In this document: piece after piece, positions 9,039 through 18,081 of the stretch
Layout of the letters: the number at the start of each line of letters is the position of its first letter
How positions within the stretch are numbered: the first letter of the stretch is position 1
Assembly: GCA_030693155.1 (NCBI GenBank)
Contig: JAUYBJ010000057.1
Coordinates: 10,275 to 74,274 of the forward strand
Reading direction: 5' to 3'
Source of the DNA: Methylococcales bacterium
Lineage (GTDB): Bacteria; Pseudomonadota; Gammaproteobacteria; Methylococcales; Methylomonadaceae
DNA length: 64,000 nt
The notes under the pieces: generated by a model
Seen by the model: the letters and a program-made list of their open reading frames with translations, nothing else
Databases searched by the model: none
What the model was told of the DNA's origin: nothing
Program-made: the position numbers and the translations under genes

Positions 9039-10941
9039 TCGGCGAATTAAAGCCGGACTTGAAGATATTGATCACTGGGTACAACCAGAAGTTTTGGGAA
9101 TGAGTGATGATGTTAAGAATGACTTTGAAAAGAAAAAGGATGCCTTGAATCAATTTTTACAAGGATTGTCCTTTTTAGAAATTAAGGAAAACACTGGCAT
9201 TACTAGGCAACATCTCCATTATCTTATCAATCGTTGTACTGACAAAGATGAGGCAGGTAATTCGTTAGGATATTTTGGTCTCATAAAATGGAAACATTCT
9301 ACCAAAAGGGTTGAGCAAGTCTCCAAATTAGAAGCTGGTAAAGCGCTACCTGGGTCTTTGCAGGCACTATTTTCTAAAAATCCTATGTTGTTAAAAACAA
9401 TGCGAACATTAATTTTAGAGGGGATCGCTCCGGAGTCAACAAAAGCAAGTCAACATCTAACCTGGCATCAAATTCACAATATATTTTTAGATCAATGCAC
9501 TCGGATTGGTATAGCTCCACCACTTTACCCATTTTGCAGTGACTCTAAAGGTAAAGCCTCATTAATAGCTTGGGGCAAAAAAATTATTTCTGAAAACAAT
9601 AAAGGTGTTTTAGGGGGCAACCAAAATTCTGAAGATATAAGGCTACCGCCAAGCTACTGTTATGAAAGAATTGAAGCTGATGGACACTTTGTTGATGTGA
9701 ACTGGACACTGGAAGTTCAGGGGTTGAATGGTGAGGGAGTTATAATTTGTAGAGTTTCTCGTCTTTGGTTAATTGCACTGCTGGAATGCAAAAGTACAGC
9801 TGTAATTGGTTATAGCATTTCTCTAGGAAAAAATTATAACGCGGCAGACGTTACAAGTGCGATAAGAAGCAGTTTGGTTCCGTGGAAGCCACGAAAGTTA
9901 TCTTTGTCAACAATTTCATATAAGCCAGAAGAGTGTTTACCTAATGCACTAATGCCTGAATTAAGCTATGTATGTTACGACGAATTATGGCTCGACAATG
10001 CTAAAAGTCATTTAAGTGGGATTTGTCTCACGATGTTAGAACGTACCGTAAATGCAGTGCCGGTATTTGGCCCTAAAGAATCACCAAATGTTAGACCCAG
10101 AATTGAACAGTTATTCGATCTATTAGAGGAGGCCGGTATACATTGCCTTGAAGGTACCACAGGATCTAATCCAAGTGACTCAAGAAGATCTGATACAAAA
10201 GATCAGCGTTATCATCTCAAACTTGAAACCTTACTTGATCTAATAGATTTGCTTATCGTTAGATATAACACAGGCATCGCTCCAGGAACAACAATTAGCC
10301 GAAATGAAGTTTTGAAGCGGGCTGTGCAAAGAGAAACTGGCATTTTTAGACAGGTGCCAATTGCCAAACGCGATAACTGTATTAAGTACAGCATATTTGA
10401 TGAGGCGGTTATTGGAGAGGAGCGTGGAAGGCCTGTCCTGAGATGGAAAAATGCAAGATATTACGGAGCAGGGTTAAGCCTCGGTGGAAATCTGCTGGGG
10501 AAAAAAGTTCTAATCATGGCGCAGGAAGATATTCGTGAAATAGAAGTTGTATTGATTGGCGATGGCACTCCCCTTGGCAAGATGTTAGTAGAACGACGAT
10601 GGAGAAATACCCCACATTCACTCTTCACCAGAGCTGCAGTAAGAAGGTTTATGACAAACAACAGCTTTATAAGCCATGCTGCTGATATTCCACTAGCCTT
10701 CAGGGCACATATGGAAAAAGAGGTGAAAATCAATGCTACGCATCAAAGAGTGCTGGCTAGGCTACAGAAGGAGCAAGAGCGTAAAGAACAAAATATTGAT
10801 AATTTACAGATAACCGAATCTATCGAAAGTGACATTTTAAACAACGCTGAAAAACTTAAATCGGTACCTATTATAAGTGATGAAGATGATTATGATGAAT
10901 TAGATGACTTGATTAGTAGATTAGGGACGACATACAGATAG
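9019..10941 (+). CDS. tnsB: TnsB-like DDE transposase (Mu/retroviral integrase superfamily)
   Basis: Candidate DDE residues in IEADGHFVDV, ELWLDNAKSH and RPRIEQLFDLLEE. Size, position and a 20-nt overlap with the tnsA-like gene also fit. Confidence 0.75.
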   Translation: MNSTVINRRIKAGLEDIDHWVQPEVLGMSDDVKNDFEKKKDALNQFLQGLSFLEIKENTGITRQHLHYLINRCTDKDEAGNSLGYFGLIKWKHSTKRVEQVSKLEAGKALPGSLQALFSKNPMLLKTMRTLILEGIAPESTKASQHLTWHQIHNIFLDQCTRIGIAPPLYPFCSDSKGKASLIAWGKKIISENNKGVLGGNQNSEDIRLPPSYCYERIEADGHFVDVNWTLEVQGLNGEGVIICRVSRLWLIALLECKSTAVIGYSISLGKNYNAADVTSAIRSSLVPWKPRKLSLSTISYKPEECLPNALMPELSYVCYDELWLDNAKSHLSGICLTMLERTVNAVPVFGPKESPNVRPRIEQLFDLLEEAGIHCLEGTTGSNPSDSRRSDTKDQRYHLKLETLLDLIDLLIVRYNTGIAPGTTISRNEVLKRAVQRETGIFRQVPIAKRDNCIKYSIFDEAVIGEERGRPVLRWKNARYYGAGLSLGGNLLGKKVLIMAQEDIREIEVVLIGDGTPLGKMLVERRWRNTPHSLFTRAAVRRFMTNNSFISHAADIPLAFRAHMEKEVKINATHQRVLARLQKEQERKEQNIDNLQITESIESDILNNAEKLKSVPIISDEDDYDELDDLISRLGTTYR

Positions 10942-10951
10942 GAGGTGTTTC

Positions 10952-11944
10952 TTGTTAGACTCATTGAGTATCGAGCGGACAAAGTTATCTACACGCTTAA
11001 TAGCAGGTCGAGCATTTTTAATTAAAACACCTCAAAGTGCGTATTACTTAAAACAAATGAAGAATTGGCTTACCACCGGCTCGCAGGGGGCATTGGTTTA
11101 TGGTAGACCGCGATTGGGAAAAACTTCAGCAACACGTTGGACACTTCGAATGTTACCTGAATTGATTGGAAGCTTTCCATCTGTTGAAATACCAGTAAGA
11201 GGTCAAAATATCGCATCGGAAAGAGCATTCTTTCAACATTTATTGCGATGTGTTAAGCACCGTCATGCCATGGTTGGTACTGCTGGAGATAAACGTGACC
11301 GATTTAGTGAATTCCTTATATCTAGAGCATTGCGCTCCCCAATTAATGGCGCCGTATTGTTTTTTGATGAGGCTCAGTTATTACAAGATCGCCAATATGA
11401 TTGGCTATTGAATATTTCTAATGAACTGGATAAAAATGGATGCAGATTATTCTGTCTTTTAGTTGGCCAGTCAGAGCTAACTAGAACAAAGACCAGATTC
11501 ATAGATGATGGTAAGGAGCAAATAGTGGGGCGTTTTATGGTGCGGGAGTTGGAGTTTTCCGGCATAAGAACTCAAGAGGACCTAGTTTCAACATTGAATG
11601 AATTTCATAAAACCATTTATCCGATTGGTAGCGGCCAGCTTTTTGCGGAAAACTTTATTCCTCTGGCAATAAAGGGGGGCTTTGACTTAGCTTCCATCGG
11701 GCCCGCAATGTGGCAATCCTTTGAAGATCTTTGGATACGTGCTGGTCTTGAGGACAAAGTTACAATTCCTATGCATTATTTTACAGCAGCTTTAATAGGT
11801 GTTCTGAATTCACTGGTTTCTAAAGATAAAGAGGGCTGTGATGTTTCTCATGACATCATACAAAAATCAATCACAGCATCAGGGTATATTGAATCTCTGA
11901 AGATACTCAAAGCTAGGATTTCAAATGAAATTTCTAAGGCATGA
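10952..11944 (+). CDS. tnsC: TnsC/TniB-like AAA+ ATPase (short form, 330 aa)
   Basis: Walker A YGRPRLGKTSA and Walker B VLFFDEAQ. TTG start lies 7 nt after AGGAGG. Confidence 0.75.
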   Translation: MLDSLSIERTKLSTRLIAGRAFLIKTPQSAYYLKQMKNWLTTGSQGALVYGRPRLGKTSATRWTLRMLPELIGSFPSVEIPVRGQNIASERAFFQHLLRCVKHRHAMVGTAGDKRDRFSEFLISRALRSPINGAVLFFDEAQLLQDRQYDWLLNISNELDKNGCRLFCLLVGQSELTRTKTRFIDDGKEQIVGRFMVRELEFSGIRTQEDLVSTLNEFHKTIYPIGSGQLFAENFIPLAIKGGFDLASIGPAMWQSFEDLWIRAGLEDKVTIPMHYFTAALIGVLNSLVSKDKEGCDVSHDIIQKSITASGYIESLKILKARISNEISKA

Positions 11945-11959
11945 AGGTTAGGACAGGAT

Positions 11960-13684
11960 ATGTCATCAAAGATTGGTTTAGAAACTAATTCATGGAGGTC
12001 TGGCACCTTAAGACCCTATGAATCAATTGGATCAATAGGTGCAAAATATTGTTATCTAAATAAAGTTAAAACAGTCGAGTTTGCCAAGCTGATCAGAGGC
12101 TTCATTCTGGAAAATAATAGCGGAATATTCCACGAATATACACTGGACAATCCACATTTAGATATTAAAAGCTTGGCAAAATTCCTTAATGAGCCTTTAT
12201 CAATAGTCGATAAGCTATCTTTCCAAGGATTTAACCAATTACCACACCTAACTAATGAAACTGGTTTTTCATTAGATGGCAGGCATAACCTTACTTACTG
12301 TCCAAAATGCCTGTCAGAAGGTTACCATTCAACGTTCCATCAAATTAACTGGATATCAAAATGTTTTATTCACGGTGAAGCCTTAGTGCAAATAAATTCG
12401 TTAAATCGACCTATTAGTAAGCTTGGTGAGGATGCCAGGTTGATTGACGATTTATATGACATATGGTTTTCAAATGATGACGTATGGGGGGCTGCAAAAG
12501 CGCCTTATTGGGATATACAGAATCATAAAGTAGTAATAACTCAGGCGAATAAAATCATTCACGTACTGACAAGTACGGAAGCTACTCTACGAGACCAAAA
12601 CGACCATTCACAAATTTTGATTGGTCAAAACCCTATTGCAAAACTTTTGTTACAAACAATGACTAACAACAGTTGTCTTTATAATCCAATCAAAAACATT
12701 CATACTCATGAAGACATGAATGTTAAAAGTGTTATTGAATACCAATGTACACCTGAAGAGGCAGGCAATATTTTAAGGATGGCCGAAGATAATTTGTACC
12801 TTCTTATGCATTCTAGGCAAGCTATATGTGAAGCAAACGACGAATCAACGTCATGGAGAAAACTGTTAATTAATTTTAAAGATAATTTGATGAGGGGGCA
12901 TAGTGCTTGTTTGCGCGAATATAAAAAATCTTTCGAAAAAATTGAACGTATTCGAATTAGGCATAACTCGTATGTACATCCACCTTACGATATGCAGAGG
13001 TTTCGCCGTGTTCCGTGTGCTAGGATAGTTACACTTAATCTATTGCAAATACCGTTAGATTTTGAATATGAAAGCTTACTTACTGCAAGATCTATTTCTG
13101 ATATACATTTTAAAAAATCAGGTATCGATAGGATTTCCGAATTGAAAAACGTTGGACTTATAGATGAATGGAATGGCGATATAGTAAGTGATTCTCATAA
13201 GATAATGAAAAGATATACGCCTGGTAATATTCACAGGACGCATTTTGAGACTGAAAGTCGAAGAGTATCCGTTTATGTCCCTTTAAATGTACTTGCAGAT
13301 ATTATTGATGAAATACTGCTTGCTATAGCATATTCATGGATATGGGGTCTTTATATTACTGAAACGAGCGAAAAAATATTGGAAGAGAGTGGGGTGGTGC
13401 CTGAAAAATTTCTTAGGTCAAAATTTAAGGAGCTATTCCCGGCAATTATTCTACAACAATCGGTTAATGGTTTAAATCTTACAATAGGATCTATGGTTTC
13501 CTACAAGCAGCCAAATTTGACCTTAACAAAACCTGACAGGCTACAACATTTTACTAATGTAAAAAATAAGTCTAAGGAATTGGCTCAAATGTTTGATTGG
13601 GAACTTGCTGAAAGGTTAAGGTCGGCAGATTTGGAAAATCGATACCGTGGGTACATTGCTACAAATGGTCGTAATTGTCACTAG
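11960..13684 (+). CDS. tniQ: TniQ/TnsD-family target-selection protein
   Basis: N-terminal TniQ-type zinc-ribbon pattern LTYCPKCLSEGYHSTFHQINWISKCFIHGEAL. Length of 574 aa is TnsD-like. Confidence 0.7.
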   Translation: MSSKIGLETNSWRSGTLRPYESIGSIGAKYCYLNKVKTVEFAKLIRGFILENNSGIFHEYTLDNPHLDIKSLAKFLNEPLSIVDKLSFQGFNQLPHLTNETGFSLDGRHNLTYCPKCLSEGYHSTFHQINWISKCFIHGEALVQINSLNRPISKLGEDARLIDDLYDIWFSNDDVWGAAKAPYWDIQNHKVVITQANKIIHVLTSTEATLRDQNDHSQILIGQNPIAKLLLQTMTNNSCLYNPIKNIHTHEDMNVKSVIEYQCTPEEAGNILRMAEDNLYLLMHSRQAICEANDESTSWRKLLINFKDNLMRGHSACLREYKKSFEKIERIRIRHNSYVHPPYDMQRFRRVPCARIVTLNLLQIPLDFEYESLLTARSISDIHFKKSGIDRISELKNVGLIDEWNGDIVSDSHKIMKRYTPGNIHRTHFETESRRVSVYVPLNVLADIIDEILLAIAYSWIWGLYITETSEKILEESGVVPEKFLRSKFKELFPAIILQQSVNGLNLTIGSMVSYKQPNLTLTKPDRLQHFTNVKNKSKELAQMFDWELAERLRSADLENRYRGYIATNGRNCH

Positions 13685-13945
13685 ATATAGTAAGCGCTTG
13701 TTAATCAATTTCTATATCAAAATTAAAGAGATCAATTCCTTCAGATTAATATTAATTTTTTAAGAGGGCAGAATCGAACCCTAAAACTTAAGTTCTCACT
13801 AAAGCTGATGATTTTTTACGCAATGTGAACAATGTCAGTATAATCAGCTCCATGTTTGGTCGTTTTCAATAGCGACTCTGATTTAATTTATATTTATGGA
13901 CATATTGTGGTTGCAATCCTAAAATTTTAAGTGTAAATTAACCCT

Positions 13946-14308
13946 ATGAACTTTAGGTTATATAAATTAATCGTGTTGTTTACTATGCTTGTTTGTCTCC
14001 CCTTACAAGGGCTGGCAGCAATAACGATGCCTGGTTGCACGATGAATGGATCATCGGTTGAGTTACACGTTGATGCTGATAATGTAGATAGCATGCATAA
14101 TTGCCATAATGATGATAACCAACCGTCCAAAAGTACTTTTGGCAATAAATGTTCTTATTGTTTTTTGACTTTGTCACATGCTATTACTCCATTCAATATC
14201 TCTGTAGAGTTGGATAGTGGTACTGCTTTGTTTTCTGAAATGTTTGCCAAAATACCAGACTTAGTCCCAACTTCACCTTATACCCCCCCCCGATCAGCAC
14301 TTTCTTAG
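13946..14308 (+). CDS. Small secreted Cys/His protein, CzcI/CopL-like (copy 1 of 3)
   Basis: Signal peptide ending LPLQGLAAITMPGC, central CxxC (CSYC), C-terminal PP motif. Paralogs at 38185 and 42548. Confidence 0.5.
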   Translation: MNFRLYKLIVLFTMLVCLPLQGLAAITMPGCTMNGSSVELHVDADNVDSMHNCHNDDNQPSKSTFGNKCSYCFLTLSHAITPFNISVELDSGTALFSEMFAKIPDLVPTSPYTPPRSALS

Positions 14309-14620
14309 TGCTGACAGTCGTGTGTATTGCACGATAGTGTTTGCTTGGGCACTTGCTCAGTAAACTATTAACTACCAATCTTTCCGATTCTCAGCACCTA
14401 TCGACCGACAGTGGTTTATTGACGTTCGAAGTTAAGCGTATGGCTGTTGACGCCTATACACGCACGCTTATTACTTCATAACGTCTTAACCACCTCTAAA
14501 GAATTGCAGAGCGAGGTGTGTCAATGTTTAGATGTTTTTCAAGATATCCAAACATATAGCCTTGGCATTTCTCCGTGATGCAGAACCGCAGTAACCATTT
14601 ATCAATTAGGAGTATTAATC

Positions 14621-15007
14621 ATGAAGAAACACAACATTAATAAAATGATTGCAACACTTGCTGTCTGTAGTCTCAGTTTTCTATCCGTATCCGCGATTGC
14701 AGCCCAAGACGAATTTCAAAGACAGATGACTCAACAAATTATGAAAGCCAAGCAGAAGCTGAAAGAGGCAGAGGCTGCCAAAGGGGCTGAGAAAGTAAAA
14801 CTTATGGAGGAGCACATGAAAATGATGGATGACACCATGGGAAAAATGCAGAAGATGAAGCCGAAGTCAGGTATGACAATGCAGGAGCATGAGGACTGGA
14901 TCAATGAGCATCAGAAACTTATGGATGACTTGATGGGGCAGATGATGAAAGAACATCACATGCAAAAAGAAATGGGATGTATGAGTGCTGATACGCATAA
15001 GCACTAA
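14621..15007 (+). CDS. Secreted Met/His-rich helical protein (copy 1 of 2)
   Basis: Signal peptide, then KLMEEHMKMMDDTMGKMQKMKPKSGMT…EHQKLMDDLMGQMMKEHH. Paralog at 39806-40186. Confidence 0.6.
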   Translation: MKKHNINKMIATLAVCSLSFLSVSAIAAQDEFQRQMTQQIMKAKQKLKEAEAAKGAEKVKLMEEHMKMMDDTMGKMQKMKPKSGMTMQEHEDWINEHQKLMDDLMGQMMKEHHMQKEMGCMSADTHKH

Positions 15008-15010
15008 ATA

Positions 15011-15040
15011 AAACGCTGGGTGGCAATGCCCACCCAGCGT
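15011..15040 (+). terminator. Stem-loop downstream of 14621-15007 (putative intrinsic terminator, weak U-tract)
   Basis: AACGCTGGGTGG-CAATGC-CCACCCAGCGTT forms a 12-bp perfect stem. It is followed by ATTAATAT. Confidence 0.5.
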
Positions 15041-15065
15041 TATTAATATAAAAAGGCAATTGGAA

Positions 15066-15395
15066 ATGAAAAAGTTATTAATTTGTATGTTCGCAGCGGT
15101 ATTAAGTATCGCTGCTGCACCAGCTTACGCCAACGAAATTCACCATCAGGCAGCAGATAATCAAAAGAGTTATTCTGCAAAAGGTGTAGTAGTTGCCGTA
15201 GATAGCGCTTCGAGCAAGGTTAAATTGAAGCATGACGCTGTTCCTGAGCTTAAATGGCCAGCAATGACCATGTTTTTTAACGTTGCAGACAAGTCTCTGC
15301 TGGAATCAGTAAAAACCGGAGTTCAGATTGAATTCAAGTTCATTAAAGTCGACGGTGGCGGACCACTGATTACGCATATTAAAACATTGAAATAA
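15066..15395 (+). CDS. cusF: CusF-like periplasmic Cu(I)/Ag(I) chaperone
   Basis: Signal peptide and the motif HDAVPELKWPAMTMFFNV (H…W..MxM). ATG 15066 is preferred over TTG 15060. Confidence 0.8.
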   Translation: MKKLLICMFAAVLSIAAAPAYANEIHHQAADNQKSYSAKGVVVAVDSASSKVKLKHDAVPELKWPAMTMFFNVADKSLLESVKTGVQIEFKFIKVDGGGPLITHIKTLK

Positions 15396-15453
15396 GGCAT
15401 CTGGGCTGGTTTCAAGTTACCGAGCCAGCCACATTTGATGAACAGGTAGACAG

Positions 15454-16743
15454 ATGAACAAGAATAAATCACCTCTGATTCTAGCGCTAGCAATGGCAAC
15501 ACTAATGCTTCCGGAAATAGTGACTGCAGACGTACATTCTGCCAATAGTCCTATTATTGGTGCAAACGTGCAGGAATTATTAAATTGGGCTGACTCACAT
15601 AATCCAGAGCTTGCCGCAATGCGCTACGAAACTGATGCGGCCAGTGAGCGAATCGCCCCGGCAGGTGCGCTTCCTGATCCGATGTTACGTGTTGAGTTCA
15701 TGGATTTTGCCGGGCGAGATGCGCCGAATGGTTTTAACCCGTTTCCAGGGAAAGGTAGCGGGACTAAATACACTTTCATGCAGAGCATTCCACTATGGGG
15801 CAAGCGCGATTTACGTAAGGAAGTTGCTACGGCAGAACTGGAGCAATTCAAGGGGCGCAGATTGGTCAGTGTCACTGAAATTCACGCACGGATAAAGAAC
15901 GCTTATGCTCAGTATTATCAAACCATAGGGCTGAAAAAGCTTAACGAGGATATCCTGCGTCTGCTAGAGGATTTGGAGGCTGTTACTCGGGTACGCTATG
16001 CAAGCGGCCTGGTACCGCAGCAGGATGCAATACGGGCGCAAGTCGAAAAAACAATGTTGCGTTCAGAAATTATTAACCTTGAAACCGAACAGCAACAGGC
16101 CAAAGCACGACTGAATGCAACGCTTGGACGGACTCAGGATGCGTTGCTTTCAACTAAACCGGAATTGCGTCGTTTGCCTGCTGGTAAGCTGGATAGTGCA
16201 GTCTTGCAGGAAAAAGTAGCACGAACTAATCCGCTGCTTGCTACAGAGTCAGCACAAATTTTGGCGGCAGATGCTAACAAGCGATTGGTAGAGAAGAACC
16301 GCTACCCAGACGTCACGCTTGGAATTGCCCCAACGCAGATGGGCAGCAGTATTAGTAGCTGGGAGGCAATGGTGGAAGTCAACCTTCCCATCCGCTTTGA
16401 TACGCGCCGTTCTCAAGAAAGTGAGGCAACGGCAATGCTGGCTGCCGCTAAAGAGCGTCGGCAAGGAGTCGCGAATCAAGTGATAGGTGAATTGCAGGAA
16501 AATCTAGTGGCATTCGAGGCAGCAGAAAAACAAGAGCGACTTATCTCGGATACGCTGCTTCCACAAGCTGAACTGACCTTTCGTTCGGCATTGGCTGGAT
16601 ACGAAAATGGCAAGGTTGACTTCGCTACACTGCTTGATGCACAAAAAGCAATAAGACTTGCGCGGCAAGGCCAGATAAAGGCACGGGTGGAACAGGAGAT
16701 GCGCCTTGCAGAGATTGAAAAAATGATTGGGGAAGAGTTATGA
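15454..16743 (+). CDS. cusC: Outer-membrane efflux factor (CusC/TolC family)
   Basis: Size, N-terminal signal, and position upstream of the MFP and RND genes, with an ATGA overlap to the next gene. Confidence 0.8.
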   Translation: MNKNKSPLILALAMATLMLPEIVTADVHSANSPIIGANVQELLNWADSHNPELAAMRYETDAASERIAPAGALPDPMLRVEFMDFAGRDAPNGFNPFPGKGSGTKYTFMQSIPLWGKRDLRKEVATAELEQFKGRRLVSVTEIHARIKNAYAQYYQTIGLKKLNEDILRLLEDLEAVTRVRYASGLVPQQDAIRAQVEKTMLRSEIINLETEQQQAKARLNATLGRTQDALLSTKPELRRLPAGKLDSAVLQEKVARTNPLLATESAQILAADANKRLVEKNRYPDVTLGIAPTQMGSSISSWEAMVEVNLPIRFDTRRSQESEATAMLAAAKERRQGVANQVIGELQENLVAFEAAEKQERLISDTLLPQAELTFRSALAGYENGKVDFATLLDAQKAIRLARQGQIKARVEQEMRLAEIEKMIGEEL

Positions 16744-18080
16744 AACGTTCTGTAATATGGGTTGCACTAGCGCTAGTCGGTATTGCTGTTGCCGCATGGG
16801 GCGGTTACTGGTGGGGTTTAAAGCAAATTGACAAGTCATTGACCGAAACCTCAACTGGCACTGCTGCATCAGCTACAAAGAAAATTCTCTATTACCGCAA
16901 TCCAATGGGGCTTTCGGATACATCACCTGAGCCTAAACAAGATTCAATGGGCATGGATTATATTCCAGTCTATGAAGGTGATGAGGTGCAGCCCGGCCAG
17001 ATCAAGATCAGCCCTGAGAAAGTGCAGAAGTTGGGAGTGAGGACAGAGCCAGCAACGCTACGAGAATCAGTTAGGACGGTACGCGCGGTTGGCCAGTTTC
17101 AGTTAGATGAGCGTCGTCTGCACACAGTTACGACGAAGTTCGAAGGTTATATTGAAAAACTTCATGTCAACGCTACTGGTCAGCCGGTAAAACGCGGACA
17201 GCCACTGATGGAAGTGTACAGCCCGGAGTTGGTTTCAGCGCAAGAGGAATACCTGATAGCCTGGAATGGTCGCCAATCGCTCAGCAACGGTACAGAGGAA
17301 TCGCTGGTTGGTGTCAGTCGATTGGCAGAAAGTGCTCTAAAACGTCTCCGCAACTGGGATATTTCTGATTCCCAGCTACAGCGCTTGAAAAAAGATGGTA
17401 AGGCAACCCGTACGCTGACATTGTATTCCCCTGCTAACGGCGTTGTGCTGGAGAAAATGGCAGTAGCGGGTATGCGTTTCATGCCAGGCGAACCTTTATT
17501 CAAGATTGCTGACCTTTCATCAATCTGGCTTCTCGCTGATGTGTTTGAGCAAGATCTGGCACTAGTGCATGTTGGGCAGTCAGTGAATATCAGCGTTAAT
17601 GCTTATCCGGATAAAGTGCTAACCGGCAAAGTTTCCTATATCTATCCGACAGTAACACCCGAGACACGGACCGCCAAAATACGTGTCGAACTTGACAATC
17701 CAAACGGAATACTTAAGCCCGAGATGTATGCCACCGTACAATTAGCCTCAGGCCACGGCAAAGCCGATGCTTTAATGGTGCCTGATTCTGCCGTGCTAGA
17801 TAGTGGTACGCGCCAAATCGTATTGGTACAACGTGCTGAAGGCCTGTTCGAATCACGCGAGGTCAAACTCGGCATGCGCGGTAATGGATATGTCGAAGTT
17901 ATTGAAGGCATAAGTGCTGGAGAGAACGTCGTTGTCAGTGCCAATTTCCTGATTGATGCAGAAAGTAATCTCAAGGCAGCAATCGGAGGCTTCGGGCATT
18001 CTGCTCATGGCAATCAGGACAAACCAGTGACCGATAAACCAGCAACCCCTGCTGTTAGTTCTGAACATAAGGGGCACTGA
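16740..18080 (+). CDS. cusB: Membrane fusion protein (CusB family)
   Basis: N-terminal YYRNPMGLSDTSPEPKQDSMGMDYIPVY is typical of CusB-type adaptors. HlyD-like body. Confidence 0.85.
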   Translation: MKRSVIWVALALVGIAVAAWGGYWWGLKQIDKSLTETSTGTAASATKKILYYRNPMGLSDTSPEPKQDSMGMDYIPVYEGDEVQPGQIKISPEKVQKLGVRTEPATLRESVRTVRAVGQFQLDERRLHTVTTKFEGYIEKLHVNATGQPVKRGQPLMEVYSPELVSAQEEYLIAWNGRQSLSNGTEESLVGVSRLAESALKRLRNWDISDSQLQRLKKDGKATRTLTLYSPANGVVLEKMAVAGMRFMPGEPLFKIADLSSIWLLADVFEQDLALVHVGQSVNISVNAYPDKVLTGKVSYIYPTVTPETRTAKIRVELDNPNGILKPEMYATVQLASGHGKADALMVPDSAVLDSGTRQIVLVQRAEGLFESREVKLGMRGNGYVEVIEGISAGENVVVSANFLIDAESNLKAAIGGFGHSAHGNQDKPVTDKPATPAVSSEHKGH

Positions 18081-18081
18081 T

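Larger units (their letters stand above)
8150..13684 (+). mobile_element. Tn7-like transposition module (putative right end plus tnsA-like/tnsB/tnsC/tniQ); other end not identified in window
   Basis: Gene order and orientation match Tn7 (end, tnsA, tnsB, tnsC, tnsD). GATAAAGTCT-containing repeats lie upstream of the tnsA-like gene. The extent rightwards is unknown. Confidence 0.6.

Noticed and set aside
13755-13790. A tRNA-like T-loop string on the minus strand (AGGGTTCGATTCTGCCCT), which could be a tRNA gene or an att remnant just after tniQ.
   Set aside because: Only GGTTCGATTC resembles a T-loop. The flanking bases do not form a 5-bp T-stem, and no acceptor, anticodon or D arms can be drawn. 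It is at most an unprovable fragment.
11960-14400. Possibility of a CRISPR-associated transposon (CAST), because tniQ follows tnsABC.
   Set aside because: No cas-like ORFs and no regularly spaced direct repeats occur after tniQ. The next genes are metal-resistance genes.
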